Of a stretch of 64,000 nucleotides of DNA, positions 31,195 to 45,079 are shown in pieces. The notes under the pieces are model-generated. The model saw only the letters and a program-made list of their open reading frames with translations, was not told where the DNA came from and ran no database searches. Position 1 is the stretch's first letter, and every line of letters starts with the position of its first letter. This stretch comes from Blasia pusilla (taxonomy: Eukaryota): positions 16,182,001-16,246,000 of the forward strand of contig CM114271.1 in the NCBI GenBank assembly GCA_050084515.1, written 5' to 3'. A program made the translations under genes and the position numbers.

Positions 31195-33326
31195 ACTACC
31201 TCGCCTCTCAAAATCCTGAAAGGATGCCGTGTTGGCCCTTGTGCCCCTCTCACACGATCATTCTCAATCTCGCGAGTAATCCCTCAATCACTCAAACTAA
31301 ACATGCGGCACTCAATCTACATTCTCTCACTAAGACGTGTGTTATGCGGCAACAAGCAGCGTGGTGTGGCAAATCATTGATTTATCGTCTCATCGACAAA
31401 CCATCCTCAACTCTGGACATCCCACACAGGTCTATGTCCCCTAAACCCATACATCATCGATGCTACAAGCATTAGCACGAAACCCAATATCCCAAATAAC
31501 TTCCCAACATCCGAAAATCCCTCACACATGCAGGGTAAGAGACCAGAATGGATAACTAGACAATAATGTTGATATCGCTCTTTGGCAACTGCAAATCTCA
31601 ACCCCAACTTGGTCGTGAAGACAACTCCTCCAATCAGCAAGTCGTACTCCTCTCGTATTGACGTTGCTCAAACCTCCTCGATGTGCGGTGCACGTCGAGC
31701 GGTCTGGTGCGACCCTGGCAACATGGAACGGCTACAAACGACATGGCACTCGGCGATATACCCTCCTCAATCAGAAATTCACATGCTCTGCATCTTAATG
31801 AAGGAGCAGCTCCGCGATCGAGACGATGTAGTGCGGCCACATGTGGCACGACGTGGAAATCGGCGGCATATTGCGGCTACGGACGTCACAACACAATACT
31901 CGATCATCGTCGAGCGGCTAACAATCCCAACATAGCAACATGAAATGAAAACTCAAACACCATAATCCAAGGTCACTTGCCATTATTGGTTGATGACGAA
32001 ACTGCGATGACGGTGGCGACCAAACCAAAGTACGTGGTGGCGGTGCAAGTCAAAGAATTAAAGGTGGTCGTGGAAGACCCTCCACTCCGTAATGGTGGCA
32101 ATGGAAACCATAGGATGGACAACGGACCGAATCGGCTCTAAAAGCGACACTAAGCGCGAAACGGCCGGCGGTGGGCGGTGGACGGTGGACCGTTGACCGT
32201 TGACCATTCCAATTGACCATTGACCATTGAAGGCGGACCGTTGATGGTGACTATGACGGCGACGGCTCGTTTAGGGTTTAATCAATTTAACCCTAAAAAT
32301 TGCCTAGCAATGGCAATTTTTCAAGATTGACCATAACTTTTTGCTCGCAACTCCAAATTGCGCACCATTTATTGCACAGCGTGCACAATCTACAACAATG
32401 TCAAAAAATATTTGGAATCAAACATTGCAGTAAAACTGACAAGGACTGTTGTAAAGCCCAGTGTCTCTTTCTCTTACACAAAATTTGGCAGCGCTTCCGC
32501 ACAGATTTCTCCCAACGAAAATGTAAAACATGTGAGAACACAAATCTGCAAGCTACATGGTGCTCCCGAGAGCACCGGCATGGGGCAACCCGCCCCCATA
32601 CTCAATCCTTAACAAAAATTGGGTAGTGCTTTTGCGCGCCATCTTCTACACGAAAAATTGGCAAAGGAAACATCACAAGTAAGCGGTTCTTGCTCCGATG
32701 AGCATTCCCATGAACTGCTGAACGGGGAATACGATCCCCAACTTGAAAAGCCAACGAGTGATCAGCGAGCTCCCCCATGAATCTCTCTCACTCACTCACT
32801 CATTCTCTCTTTGTAAAGTAAGATCCAATCTTTCTCTATACCATCTCACACCATAGTTCTCAAAGATGTGCACTCTCTCTTATGTCAAACCAAACCCACT
32901 CTCCTAATGAGTGGCTTGGGTTACACTCACAAGGCAAGGGACCATAGCTCCGCTGCCTTATGCCAAGAGGTTCAACAAAGAGAGAATGAGCTCTCAAGCT
33001 CTCTCCTTGAGGTATACCCCTTCCCTCTCCCAAGCTCTCTCCATGATAACCTATGCTCCCAAGTCACCTCCTTGGCTCTTGACCTAATGTAGGAGGTCAA
33101 GGTCCACTTACCAAAAATAGAAATTTGATCACATACTCAAAATGGTACTTACCTGAAATAATAAGTTCCTCAATATGGCTCCTAATGAGCCAAAACGAAG
33201 GGGAAACCTGCTCTCTCAAGTTTCCCAGGGCCTCAAACAAATCATCCTCTACCTATTGATCCTGTCCTTTGCTGCTCATGAAGGCGATCTACTAGATCTG
33301 ACCGATCTATTCTAAGAGACATGACA
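31195..33326 (-). mobile_element. Second, diverged copy of the ~2.1-kb 5' leader/terminus of the DNMT-Gypsy family
   Basis: Collinear with 29045-31194 over its length. It starts TGTCATG on the minus strand at 33326 and stops at the position equivalent to the gag start. Confidence 0.85.
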
Positions 33327-36300
33327 TCTTGGACGCGGACCCACACAATGTGAGGGGCGATGAGCTTGGGACAATTGATTTCTTCGAGAAAAATAACAGA
33401 GAGAAAATGAACATTGGAGTTGGTCCAAGACATTAGCTTTTGGGGGATGAGAAGTTAGTTGGGAAGAGCAAAATGGAGGCGCTTGTTGCCGTAGCAATTG
33501 AGGCCCCATAAAAGGGTAAGAAAGTAGGGAGGAAGTCAAAGAGAAGGCATGCAGTGAGTTCTTTTATATCACGGGAGCTCAAAGCTGATGAGTAGCAAGT
33601 GAGAGTAGTCAGGGGCGAGGCACAACAATCTGCTACCTATAAGGTTCTACGTCCATCTCAAACCACTTGTGACAGTGCGGAAGAGGCTCAGGGAGTGAGT
33701 CCCTTGAGCATTGGAGTTGGAGTCATATATGTTCAAATGGTGGTTGAACTTGAACCTGAATGAAAGAAATGTAGACTCTCCTACTATGGAAACAGGAGAA
33801 AGTGGTAGGATGTTGGAAAGCGCTGAAGAGGTCAAGGAGGAATCAAGTGAGGAACAAAGCTTTGGCGAAGTAGATGAAGTGGTGTTAGGATTGACAGGTC
33901 CGCCATCATAACTAGGTGCGGAGAGTTTTATCGCAAGCATTTTAACAGAATCTGGACTAGATGATATCGTAGAGTTCAAAATGGTTGATTCCACTCCATA
34001 TGTATTCGTTAACCCAAAATCGCAGTCCAAGACACAAGCGCAGACCAAAGTGGTTGTAGAAAAAAGAGCAAGCACAAAGTAGAATCGGTTGAGGAGTACT
34101 TACCTCTCTATCGCTTGCGGCTTGTGTGGAGTTAGGATTCACCGCAGATTGATTGAGCACACACGATACCCTTACAAGACTGAAACACTTTGGAAAGGGT
34201 GGGGAGAAAGACGTTCAATAACTAGTATTATGATTAACAAAGAGGCCCAAACGAGTTGTAACAAGACTAACAAAAGCCCCAAGGGAGCCAGATAAGAACC
34301 GTGCAAGACGCGCAGAGGTAGGCGGAGATTACTCTTCGCATCAAACAAGAAGATTCAGAAACAAAGCGTGACTTGAACACGAGCAAGAATTGGAGCTCTG
34401 CATCTTAATGAAGGAGCAGCTCCGCGATCGAGACGATGTAGTGCGGCCACATGTGGCACGACGTGGAAATCGGCGGCATATTGCGGCTACGGACGTCACA
34501 ACACAATACTCGATCATCGTCGAGCGGCTAACAATCCCAACATAGCAACATGAAATGAAAACTCAAACACCATAATCCAAGGTCACTTGCCATTATTGGT
34601 TGATGACGAAACTGCGATGACGGTGGCGACCAAACCAAAGTACGTGGTGGCGGTGCAAGTCAAAGAATTAAAGGTGGTCGTGGAAGACCCTCCACTCCGT
34701 AATGGTGGCAATGGAAACCATAGGATGGACAACAGCCGAATGCGGCTCTAAGCAGCACTAGGCGACGGAAACGGCCGACGGTGGACGGTGGACGGTGGAC
34801 CGTTGACCGTTGACCATTCCAATTGACCATTGACCATTGAAGGCGGACCGTTGATGGTGACTATGACGGCGACGGCTCGTTTAGGGTTTAATCAATTTAA
34901 CCCTAAAAATTGCCTAGCAATGGCAATTTTTCAAGATTGACCATAACTTTTTGCTCGCAACTCCAAATTGCGCACCATTTATTGCACAACGTGCACAATC
35001 TACAACAATGTCAAAAAATATTTGGAATCAAACATTGCAGTAAAACTGACAAGGACTGTTGTAAAGCCCAGTGTCTCTTTCTCTTACACAAAATTTGGCA
35101 GCGCTTCCGCACAGATTTCTCCCAACGAAAATGTAAAACATGTGAGAACACAAATCTGCAAGCTACATGGTGCTCCCGAGAGCACCGGCATGGGGCAACC
35201 CGCCCCCATACTCAATCCTTAACAAAAATTGGGTAGTGCTTTTGCGCGCCATCTTCTACACGAAAAATTGGCAAAGGAAACATCACAAGTAAGCGGTTCT
35301 TGCTCCGATGAGCATTCCCATGAACTGCTGAACGGGGAATACGATCCCCAACTTGAAAAGCCAACGAGTGATCAGCGAGCTCCCCCATGAATCTCTCTCA
35401 CTCACTCACTCATTCTCTCTTTGTAAAGTAAGATCCAATCTTTCTCTATACCATCTCACACCATAGTTCTCAAAGATGTGCACTCTCTCTTATGTCAAAC
35501 CAAACCCACTCTCCTAATGAGTGGCTTGGGTTACACTCACAAGGCAAGGGACCATAGCTCCGCTGCCTTATGCCAAGAGGTTCAACAAAGAGAGAATGAG
35601 CTCTCAAGCTCTCTCTCCTTGAGGTATACCCCTTCCCTCTCCCAAGCTCTCTCCATGATAACCTATGCTCCCAAGTCACCTCCTTGGCTCTTGACCTAAT
35701 GTAGGAGGTCAAGGTCCACTTACCAAAAATAGAAATTTGATCACATACTCAAAATGGTACTTACCTGAAATAATAAGTTCCTCAATATGGCTCCTAATGA
35801 GCCAAAACGAAAGGGAAACCTGCTCTCTCAAGTTTCCCGGGGCCTCAGCAAATCATCCTCTACCTATTGATCCTGTCCTTTGCTGCTCATGAAGGCGATC
35901 TACTAGATCTGACCGATCTATTCTAAGAGACATGACATCTTGGACGCGGACCCACACAATGTGAGGGGCGATGAGCTTGGGACAATCGATTTCTTCGAGA
36001 AAAATAACAGAGAGAAAATGAACATTGGAGTTGGTCCAAGACATTAGCTTTTGGGGGATGAGAAGTTAGTTGGGAAGAGCAAAATGGAGGCGCTTGTTGC
36101 CGTAGCAATTGAGGCCCCATAAAAGGGTAAGAAAGTAGGGAGGAAGTCAAAGAGAAGGCATGCAGTGAGTTCTTTTATATCACGGGAGCTCAAAGCTGAT
36201 GAGTAGCAAGTGAGAGTAGTCAGGGGCGAGGCACAACAATCTGCTACCTATAAGGTTCTACGTCCATCTCAAACCACTTGTGACAGTGCGGAAGAGGCTG

Positions 36301-37004
36301 GGGAGTGAGTCCTTGAGCATTGGAGTTGGAGTCATATATGTTCAAATGGTGGTTGAACTTGAACCTGAATGAAAGAAATGTAGACTCTCCTACTATGGAA
36401 ACAGGAGAAAGTGGTAGGATGTTGGAAAGCGCTGAAGAGGTCAAGGAGGAATCAAGTGAGGAACAAAGCTTTGGCGAAGTAGATGAAGTGGTGTTAGGAT
36501 TGACAGGTCCGCCATCATAACTAGGTGCGGAGAGTTTTATCGCAAGCATTTTAACAGAATCTGGACTAGATGATATCGTAGAGTTCAAAATGGTTGATTC
36601 CACTCCATATGTATTCGTTAACCCAAAATCGCAGTCCAAGACACAAGCGCAGACCAAAGTGGTTGTAGAAAAAAGAGCAAGCACAAAGTAGAATCGGTTG
36701 AGGAGTACTTACCTCTCTATCGCGCTTGCAGCTTGTGTGGAGTTAGGATTCACCGCAGATTGAGCACACACGATACCCTTACAAGACTGAAACACTGGAA
36801 AGGGTGGGGAGAAAGACGTTCAATAACTAGTATTATGATTAACAAAGAGGCCCAAACGAGTTGTAACAAGACTAACAAAAAGCCCCAAGGGAGCTGTAAT
36901 AAGAACCAGTGCAAGACGCGCAGTAGGTAGGCGGAGATTACTCTTCGCATCAAACAAGAAGATTCAGAAACAAAGCGTGACTTGAACACGAGCAAGAATT
37001 GGAG
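31785..37004. repeat. Near-identical head-to-tail tandem duplication, units 31785-34394 and 34395-37004 (~2610 bp)
   Basis: Identical or near-identical ORF pairs (32300/34910, 33242/35853, 33711/36320); differences are mostly small indels. Confidence 0.93.
33327..34394 (-). mobile_element. Possible heavily degraded L1-like LINE segment (ORF1 end / endonuclease start); duplicated and extended at 35938-37190
   Basis: Only weak motifs: LPTARL, QCFS/CKG (knuckle-like) and NAQGL (resembles the APE N-terminal NxxGL motif). Confidence 0.3.
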
Positions 37005-38909
37005 TTCGAATGAGCGTGAGTAGATGGAAACAACCTGACCTTGAGGACATCGCAAGAAGGAGTCGTAGCCTACATAGACATTCCATGAATCGAACTGGAA
37101 AGGGAATTAACAGTAGAGTGGCTATGGAGCATACGCCCAACGAACGACCATATTGTTGTGCACACGTAAAGTTCGACCGCCAACGCCATGACTAGATGCT
37201 CAACAACCAAGAAACGCTACTATTGCTATGCACGTGTGACTTCTGTACGGAAATATGTTCGCACAATTATGGCTGAGAGACACTAAGATAGTGTATATGA
37301 AGTCCCCTGGAGGCATTTGTGATTTCCCACGCAGAAACGTACCGAATAGGCCAAAACTGGGAAACGTTATGAATGACTGACCAATTCGCACAAAGGAAGT
37401 TTGAGTCCATCATTAGTTTTGCACGACAAAGTATTAGATTAGTATTAGGCTAGTCCAATCATCTGGAATCTAACGGTAAAAAATACACCACATAGTCGAA
37501 ACATGGATCTAGGCAGGCTCTATATCAAGGAAACTAAACGAGCCATTCAGCCCCCGTCTCCAAATCAACCATAATGCAACATTTAAAATGGATCTCATAT
37601 GTAGAGGTTGTACATATAGTCTTGAATAGCATACAAACACTAGAAAATATTCAAATACAATATTCCCATGTCATGAATGTGAAAAAATAGCAAGTGCACA
37701 AAATTTGAAATGAAATAATAGTGATCATCAACAAGTTAGAACTAAAAGATTAGATATTGCAGAAATAGGAATGCAAGTGGAAGAGAATATAAACTATTCT
37801 AATATCAATGAGTATTTATTATTAGAAGCAATAATCTAAATGAACAAGTAAGTAGAAATGTAACTACAATAAATACTAATGGGCAGTCTGTGCCATGCAT
37901 GAGAATGAAGGTAGTAATCATGCTAAACATAATATTTTTTTCTTGCAGCTTGTAGAGGGGAAAAAAATTTCTTTCTGCCCGATTGCCACATGTGAAGCAA
38001 AGAGGTGCTTGCAAATCAAGAAAGCACTCTCCAATAATAATATAGATGATTAAAACTAATTCTTAGAATTAGAAGTATAGAGTACTACATATAGAGGCAT
38101 AATTACTTCCTCTGAAAGGCTATGATGGAGAAAAGGTGAAGTATAGAGGATCAATATCATCATGTGTATAAACAACAACTTGTACTATGATAATAAATAG
38201 CCAGTATTCAAAAATTCATGAAAGAAACACAAGTATCAACTGCATGTAATATCTGTACTTTACCTACAACATGATAAATCATATCAAATGCACAACATTA
38301 ATTATCATCAACAACCATAAGTTATGTTGATTGCACATGAAAATTGCAGGAAAACATAACTTAGATAATATTCAACAGCAAATGACACAACTTTTTTGGT
38401 ATTATAGCATTGGCCGATGATCAAATTCAAATTATGATCTATGAATTTTTTTGATTGATAAATTGAAGACTGCATAGTGCAAATCTCTATGTAGATGTCC
38501 TGCAGGATGCCCAACTCATGGGAGTGGCCTACAAGACGTACATAGCAAAGAACCCGTATTCAATATCCATTATAATGGAAATGAAAACAGCAAAGTGCAA
38601 AAATGCATATTTGCACAAATATGAGCATTTCATGCTCACTTTTGTGCAAATATACATATTTGTAAATGTGCAAATTTACATGCTTATTTTTGTATAATAT
38701 AATTTTGTGTTTCATGTATTTATGATGTTATTTGTGAATTGAATCTTTTTAATAGAAAAGTTTCTGCATAAAATTAGCATTGAAAGTTAATTGATATAAA
38801 AAAATTATCAAAAAAATATTTATTTGAAATCAAATCAATATAAAAGTTGGAAATACTAGCTTTCATGTTGAAATTATATCAAAGTTAGCTCTCTCTAACT
38901 TTTGTGACG

Positions 38910-39240
38910 TCCCTCACCTAAAATGTGAAGACGGTCCTATCCATCGTGAAATGCAAGCATTGCTTGAGCACTATGCGGATATCATGCCCAAAGAGCTCCC
39001 TCTAGAATTGCCTCCTAGACGCACGCTTGACCACTAAATTAAGATTCAATTGGGCAACGACATCCCTAATATGGGGCGAGGTTGGCGCATGACTTACATT
39101 GAGATGGAGGAGCTCAAAACCTAACTAACTGACCTCTTAAACAAGAATCACATTTGCCCTAGTATATCTTGTTATGCCGCCCTAGTTCTATTTGTGGCTA
39201 AGAAAGATGGGAGACTTAGAATGTGTGGAGTCACAAAGGG
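38910..39240 (+). pseudogene. Gypsy RT N-terminal fragment from a different lineage
   Basis: LLEHYADIMPKELPLELPPRRTLDH*I..EMEELK..LTDLL..PSISCYAALVLFVAKKDGRLRMC. Confidence 0.85.
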
Positions 39241-39289
39241 TAGAAATAACTCAATTTGGCCAAGTGGACTTTGACTCCTACACTTTCAT

Positions 39290-39520
39290 TAGCACTCTTA
39301 AAAAAATAGAGAATTGACTTTGTGGGTCCAATTATACCAACAAGTGAGCATCATAGAAATCCTTATGTTAATTTTGGTGGCAATTGATTATCTTTAAAAA
39401 AATGGGTGAAACTCAAATCACTCTTAAGAATGGTGCCATACTTGTGATGGACTTATTGTTTGAAAGAATTGTAATAGGGTATGGTTTCCTCGAAACTTGT
39501 AAGCAATAGAGGTGCTTACA
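39290..39520 (+). pseudogene. Degraded Gypsy integrase core fragment
   Basis: IDFVGPIIPTSEHHRNPY / ILVAIDYL..KWV, across frameshifts. Confidence 0.65.
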
Positions 39521-42500
39521 TCAAAAAACTTGGAGATGCGTCATTTTGATTTTAATCAGAATATAATTTATGTTTGATGTATTTATGATATCATTTTTGT
39601 ACTGAAATTTTTTCACTACAAATTTTGGTATATATAATTAGCATGGAAAGTTTATTGATATAAAAGACCGATATGAATTTTTTTTTTATTTGATACCAAA
39701 TCAATATGAAAGTTAGTGCTATCAGATTTCATTATGAACTTATATCAAAGTTAGCACCCTCTAATTTTTGTGATGTAATTTTGAATGAGACAATTGAATA
39801 TTTCAAAATATACTTCAAAATCTCATCAAAAGACTACACCATAAGAGCCACATATGTATTCCTTTCGGTTCTTGCCACGATGTAGATCTAATGTATAAAC
39901 TAGCATGCTAGCCATGGAATTAGGATCCACCTATGAGTGGGTGGATTAGTTTGGGGTAGGAATCTAAAAATTCCTTGATGGATCCATCCAATGCCCATCC
40001 TTCCCAATATTCCTGATAGAAGAAAAATCCACTAGAGCTAAATGTATGCAAGTTATTTTGGAATTCTTAGATCCACGTATAATTGATACATCAGTTGGGT
40101 ACTTAGCATACTCCTGGCTGACATTTTAAAATTTTCCATGCTATATAATCTCTTGGGATGTGGTGTGAGGTTTACATCATGCTAATCTAACCATAGCATG
40201 AATTCTTTTGGAGGACTATAATCCATCCATCCTAACTCAAGTATTATATCAAAACGTAGAATTCCAAGTTGTAAGCACATTCATAAACCACAAGTGCTCT
40301 TTATCCTTTGAGGACAAAGGGATTATTGTAGCCCTTTGCTACACGTCAAGATAAATTTAAGTATAAATTAGTTGGATTTATTTTGAGGGGAAAATTGGAA
40401 GTAAATGACCAATACCAACCTCTTTACAGATAATGTTCTCAACAATGTTTGATTTAATTCTATTTTTTAATAATTCATAACTTGATCTTTTTGATAATTC
40501 TTTTTTGAAAACACACTTCTCATATTTTGTAGTCTAAAGATCTTAGTTCAAACCCCAATTCTAGATAATTATTTTGTGATACAAAGGATATCCAAATCTT
40601 AGGTATAGAGTTGATCGATTTCTAATTCCTTCAAATTGCATTGCTTCTCACTTCCATCAATCAATTATTTTCCTTTCAAGTATATATTCAATTTCCTTCA
40701 TCACTTCTTGTGATCCAATTCCAAGCTTGAATATTTCTCTGGAGAAAAATTTGTTCTACCCATAAAATTGATGTCTCCTTCCATTATTTACTAAACTCAA
40801 AAAATTAAGCTTTCCACTTTACTCTCATACAAGAATCACCCTACCAAGCAACACTAAGAAGACATGCAAGATGAATTCATCAAACACATCAATCCACACA
40901 AATGATTGATAGTAAATGTAAATTTATCATGTGTCCTTCCCTCCCCCCCTCCCCCCAATGCATAATCACATAAGATTGAGGAAAGAAATAGAAGGGTGAT
41001 CTTTTGGAAAGAGATGCCAAACACTAGCTTTTCTACCTATTCCGCTTCCTCGACTTATTTCTTAAGTAACATGTCTTTTCACGACTTCTAGCTCAAAATT
41101 TATGAAATCTTTGAGACTTACCAACTTAAGGTTGGATTACTTAGTTGATAATTCCATCTTCTATTATCTTTGATCAACTTGTACATATTTTGTGTTGTAG
41201 GATATAAAGTAATGATGACGATGGTTTTTTTTCCCTTAAGAGGGAAGGGGAGGGATGAGGGGAGGAGGAAAGAAAAGAAAAAGACAAAGGGGAGAGTGAG
41301 AGAGTCACTAAGAGTAGAGAGGATGGAGAGAGTAAGGACAAAGGAGAGGAATGGATGGTCTCGCACCCCCCAAAAGTATTTTCAATAATCAGATTTGAAT
41401 ATAATCGTTCAAAGCAACCCTATGGCGTTTTCCATAACCTTGATTGATGAGACAAAAAGGTTAAAGAAATTGCCATAAGACACCACATGGTACCTAAAGA
41501 GATACTAGGTGGAAAATATGGTTGGAAAGAGGATTCTCTTTTACTTCCAAAAGTATTTTTATTTCAAAAAAATGAAAGAAATCTACACATGTATCTCTCA
41601 CAATAATAGCCATAAAGAATGCTTTGAGTAGCCCTAGTAGCCGAAAACGAAGCCCATAGTTCGTTCCGGAAAGGCATTCAATGCGCATAGCGTAGCGCCT
41701 ATCCCGAGCTGGGTCGGGCCACGTTTCAGGTTCCAGAGCCCCGGGATGGAGAGGTCGCGACGGAGGATAAAGAGGCCGCAATGGAGGATGGGAGGTCGCG
41801 ACGGACGCCTTCCAGAGAAGGACGGCGCCCCGCGGACGGCGGGAGACGGACGGGACGGGTAGGAAGCGGGGAGGGATGGACGACGTCCGTTCTTGACGGC
41901 GTTAGGGCTGTTGCTCGTTCTCGGAAGCCGTCGTTCGCTCCTGGCCGACTCGGCTCTCGTTCTCGCTCTTCGCTCGCTCGTTCTTCGCTCTTGGTCGACT
42001 CTCGCTCATTCTTCGCTCCTGGCCGACTCGTTCTCGTTCTTGACAGCTTCCGGCTCACGAACTATGTCGAAGGTTTCGTTCGGTTCTTGACGGCTTCCGG
42101 GTCTTCCGGATCTTGATCGGAGCAGCGGACTAGTAGCCTGTATTCTCGCTCTTTGCTCTTTGCTCGCTTTTGTTCTTCGCTCCTGGCCGACTCGTTCTCG
42201 TTCTTGACAGCTTCCGACTCACGAAATATGTCGAAGGTTTTGTTCTTGACGGCTTTTGGGTCTTCCAGATCTTGATCGGAGGAGCGGACTCGTAGCCTGT
42301 ATTCCCGATGCTCGTCTGTGCGCCCCTGCTCGGCTCTCCTTCGTTCACTTACCTCTGGTGAGTGCTCTCTCCGGTGTCTTTCTGCTCTCGTTCATGTCTT
42401 GCGATGTTCTTGTTCTCGTCCCCGACATCAGAAAGCCACAGCTCATCATCATACTTTGGCCCTCTCGACATCAGAAAGCCTTAAAATCTGGATTCACCTT

Positions 42501-42689
42501 AAAATCTGGCATTCGATGCTTGTGAGGTGAATCGCCGATGCAGAGGTCCTTGAAACCGTGCATGAGCGCCACTAGAGTCTAATTAGGTGCATACCTGAGT
42601 CAGTCCAATTCCAATGCTCGCAAGTGATCCTCGAAACCATGATTAAATCATCCTACCAAGTAGTGTCAGTTGTAATGGCATGGTGCCTG

Positions 42690-43240
42690 GCTACTAGATC
42701 TTCGAAGCTTCACCGATGGCATGGAAGGACAGCCAGATTGTCCAGCCAATTTTGATTGCATCTCACTCATCTGCAGGCTTTGTAGGTTGTGGATCTTCGA
42801 ATCTTCACCCATTGCTAGCGAGGAAAGCTACATTGTCCAGTCAGTCTGGCTGGAATCTCATTCATCTGCAAGCTGCATAGGTAGTCGATCGTCAAAGCTT
42901 CCTTCATTGCGAGGAAGGCAGGCTAGAGTCTAGCTCCTTTTTTGTTCATTCATCTGGAACCTGCGTAGCTCGTAGATCTTCAAACTTTCACTCATTGCAT
43001 GCAAGGAAGGAAGGCTGGATTTCCCAGTCAGTCTTGCTATGACGTCATTAATCTCCATCCAGGCTGCCTAAGTAGCAGTAGATCGTCAAAGCTTCACCCA
43101 TTGCAAGAAAGGAAGGAAGGCTACATTATGATGTCAGTCTACCTACCTAGCATAGCATTCAACTGCAGGTTGCCTAGGTTGTACATCGCCTAATCTCAAC
43201 TCATAGCAAGGAAGGCAAGCGACATCGTGGAGTCGGTCTA
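42690..43240. repeat. Six-unit degenerate ~97-bp tandem repeat inside the MULE
   Basis: Recurrent GATC.TC.AA.CTTCAC.CATTGC...GGAAGG..GCT.....CAGTC at ~42694, 42790, 42884, 42973, 43078 and 43181. Confidence 0.7.
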
Positions 43241-45079
43241 TTTCCATGTAAACTCACTTCCAATGGGAGTGTTCCTGCTGGGGTATTCAATGTGCTAAAA
43301 AACTTAAATAGATTGATTTGGCAGGAAACACGAGCTTAGAGTGTCAAATGAACTGCCAAGTCTAACAGCAAACTTCAGGGAAAGCAAGGAGTCAGTATCA
43401 GTCTTGTGGAAATATGAATACCAACATCCATGAAGAATGTCTCAAGAAGAGAGGAGACAAGAGAAGAATGGATGTCTTGTGTTGCATAAATTTACTGGTT
43501 GGAAATCCTGGATTGAGTATATGCAAATTGAAGTTTTCGAAGCAGACAAAAACACTTAATCCATCTCGTTGTCAATCACAAACTACAGTTTGGATGGATT
43601 AACTAAAAGGGCCAGGAAGTGTGAAGGTTAAAAGCATGATAACTAGCAGTTTTTCAAGCATGTTCCTTAAAGCATGGAGTTGATGAGGAATGAATCTAGA
43701 AGTGGTGAGACCGGGGGGGTGGCTGTAACAGTAAAAGTGGTGTCTTTTGATAGAATATGTCCGGAAGTGACTAACTTCAGGATTCAAAGAAGATGGTGAG
43801 TAAACTCTGAAGATTTTTACTAAGGGCTGAGATACATAGAATAGGAAGTGTTTGTGAAGGAGAGTGTTATGAGAGAAAAACTCGGCTGCTCGGCTCTCCT
43901 TCGTTCACTTACCTCTGGTGAGTGCTCTCTCCGGTGTCGTTCGCCCACCTTTGCTCGGCTTCCTCTCTCTCTGTGCTCCCGTTCGTGCTTACGTGTGGGT
44001 AGTTGATTCAAAGCTTATATATATTTAGGCATGCTGCATCCTTTGTATCTGTGGAAGTCACTTGCTTAGTCATTCTGATTTGCTAAATCATTCTGAATTA
44101 CTAGCAGGTAAATTCGTGCGGAAGCATTTAGGGTCCTAAAGTCAGGGATAAGTCAGAAATGTAGAATTAGTCGTTTAGGGTCAAAAGTGTATTCATGCAG
44201 ACAGCTCTGATAATCCCTGTTCGGCCGAAGGCCATAGACGATCTGAGTAATGGTAATGGTGGTACTTCCGCCCCACCTCAATTGATAGCTTGTACCATGA
44301 AATCGTAAAGTAATTGTGCTCAACCTTTTTATACTTAGATAGGATATAGACATCATCTTGTGATGGCAAGTGTCATCATAAAATGTTAAAGCTCAATCAG
44401 GACTCGTTTGGAAGATAGTGTTGGATATAGGCATAGGCTGCTATTAAGTCCTTTCTCAAGTGTGCTTATGTGTGCGCAGTTCATTAATCTGACCTCTAAA
44501 TCCAACTGTGTCTGGAGCGAGGTATAGCTACCACCTTTTGTTGTTTTCAATCCAAATGTGGTTGGAATTGCTAAGTGGTTGATTATTTTTGGTTGTGGAT
44601 ATGTTTGAGTGTGTTGGGATTCTACAGGCTTCTGCTCATAATAAAGGCAATCAGAATTTGCGTAGACATTCTTGTCAGTCATTCTGATGTGCTAGGAGAT
44701 AAATTATCCTACCATTCTAGCATTAAAGTCACTCTGATTTGCTAGCAGGTAAACGAATTCGGCAAGTAAATGATGCTACCCTTCCTTCCTTCCATCCGCC
44801 AACACGCTTTGCTTTGCTTATGCTCGAGCATCGAGACTCGAGAGACGATGGATCGATTCCATGAAACATCATCTCTGGGCAATAATTTTTTGACATGATT
44901 TTTCTGAAATTTTGTCTTATTTTGAGGGTTTTCAGAAGCTTGTTGAATTCTGCTTGTTTTTGGTGTTGTGTAGGGTTGAAGGTCATCAGTAACATTGCAA
45001 GTCCGCCATCGACAGTTACGTTTTTTGAGGCAGTAGGGGAGGTAGGTTTAAAGCCACCAAGGATCAACACATTAGGGCC

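Larger units (their letters stand above)
38712..39777. repeat. Diverged ~200-bp AT-rich direct repeats (~38712-38909 and ~39573-39777) bracketing the RT/IN fragments
   Basis: Shared blocks ATGTATTTATGAT, AATTAGCAT.GAAAGTT.ATTGATATAAAA, CAAATCAATAT.AAAGTT and TTATATCAAAGTTAGC..CTCTAA.TTTTGTGA. Confidence 0.75.

Noticed and set aside
29078-33100. Short ORFs in the retroelement leaders as extra genes
   Set aside because: Frames and lengths are not preserved between the diverged copies and no motifs are recognisable.
42690-43240. CRISPR-like or PPR-coding repeat array
   Set aside because: Units are degenerate along their whole length with no conserved repeat/unique spacer pattern, no cas genes and no consistent reading frame.
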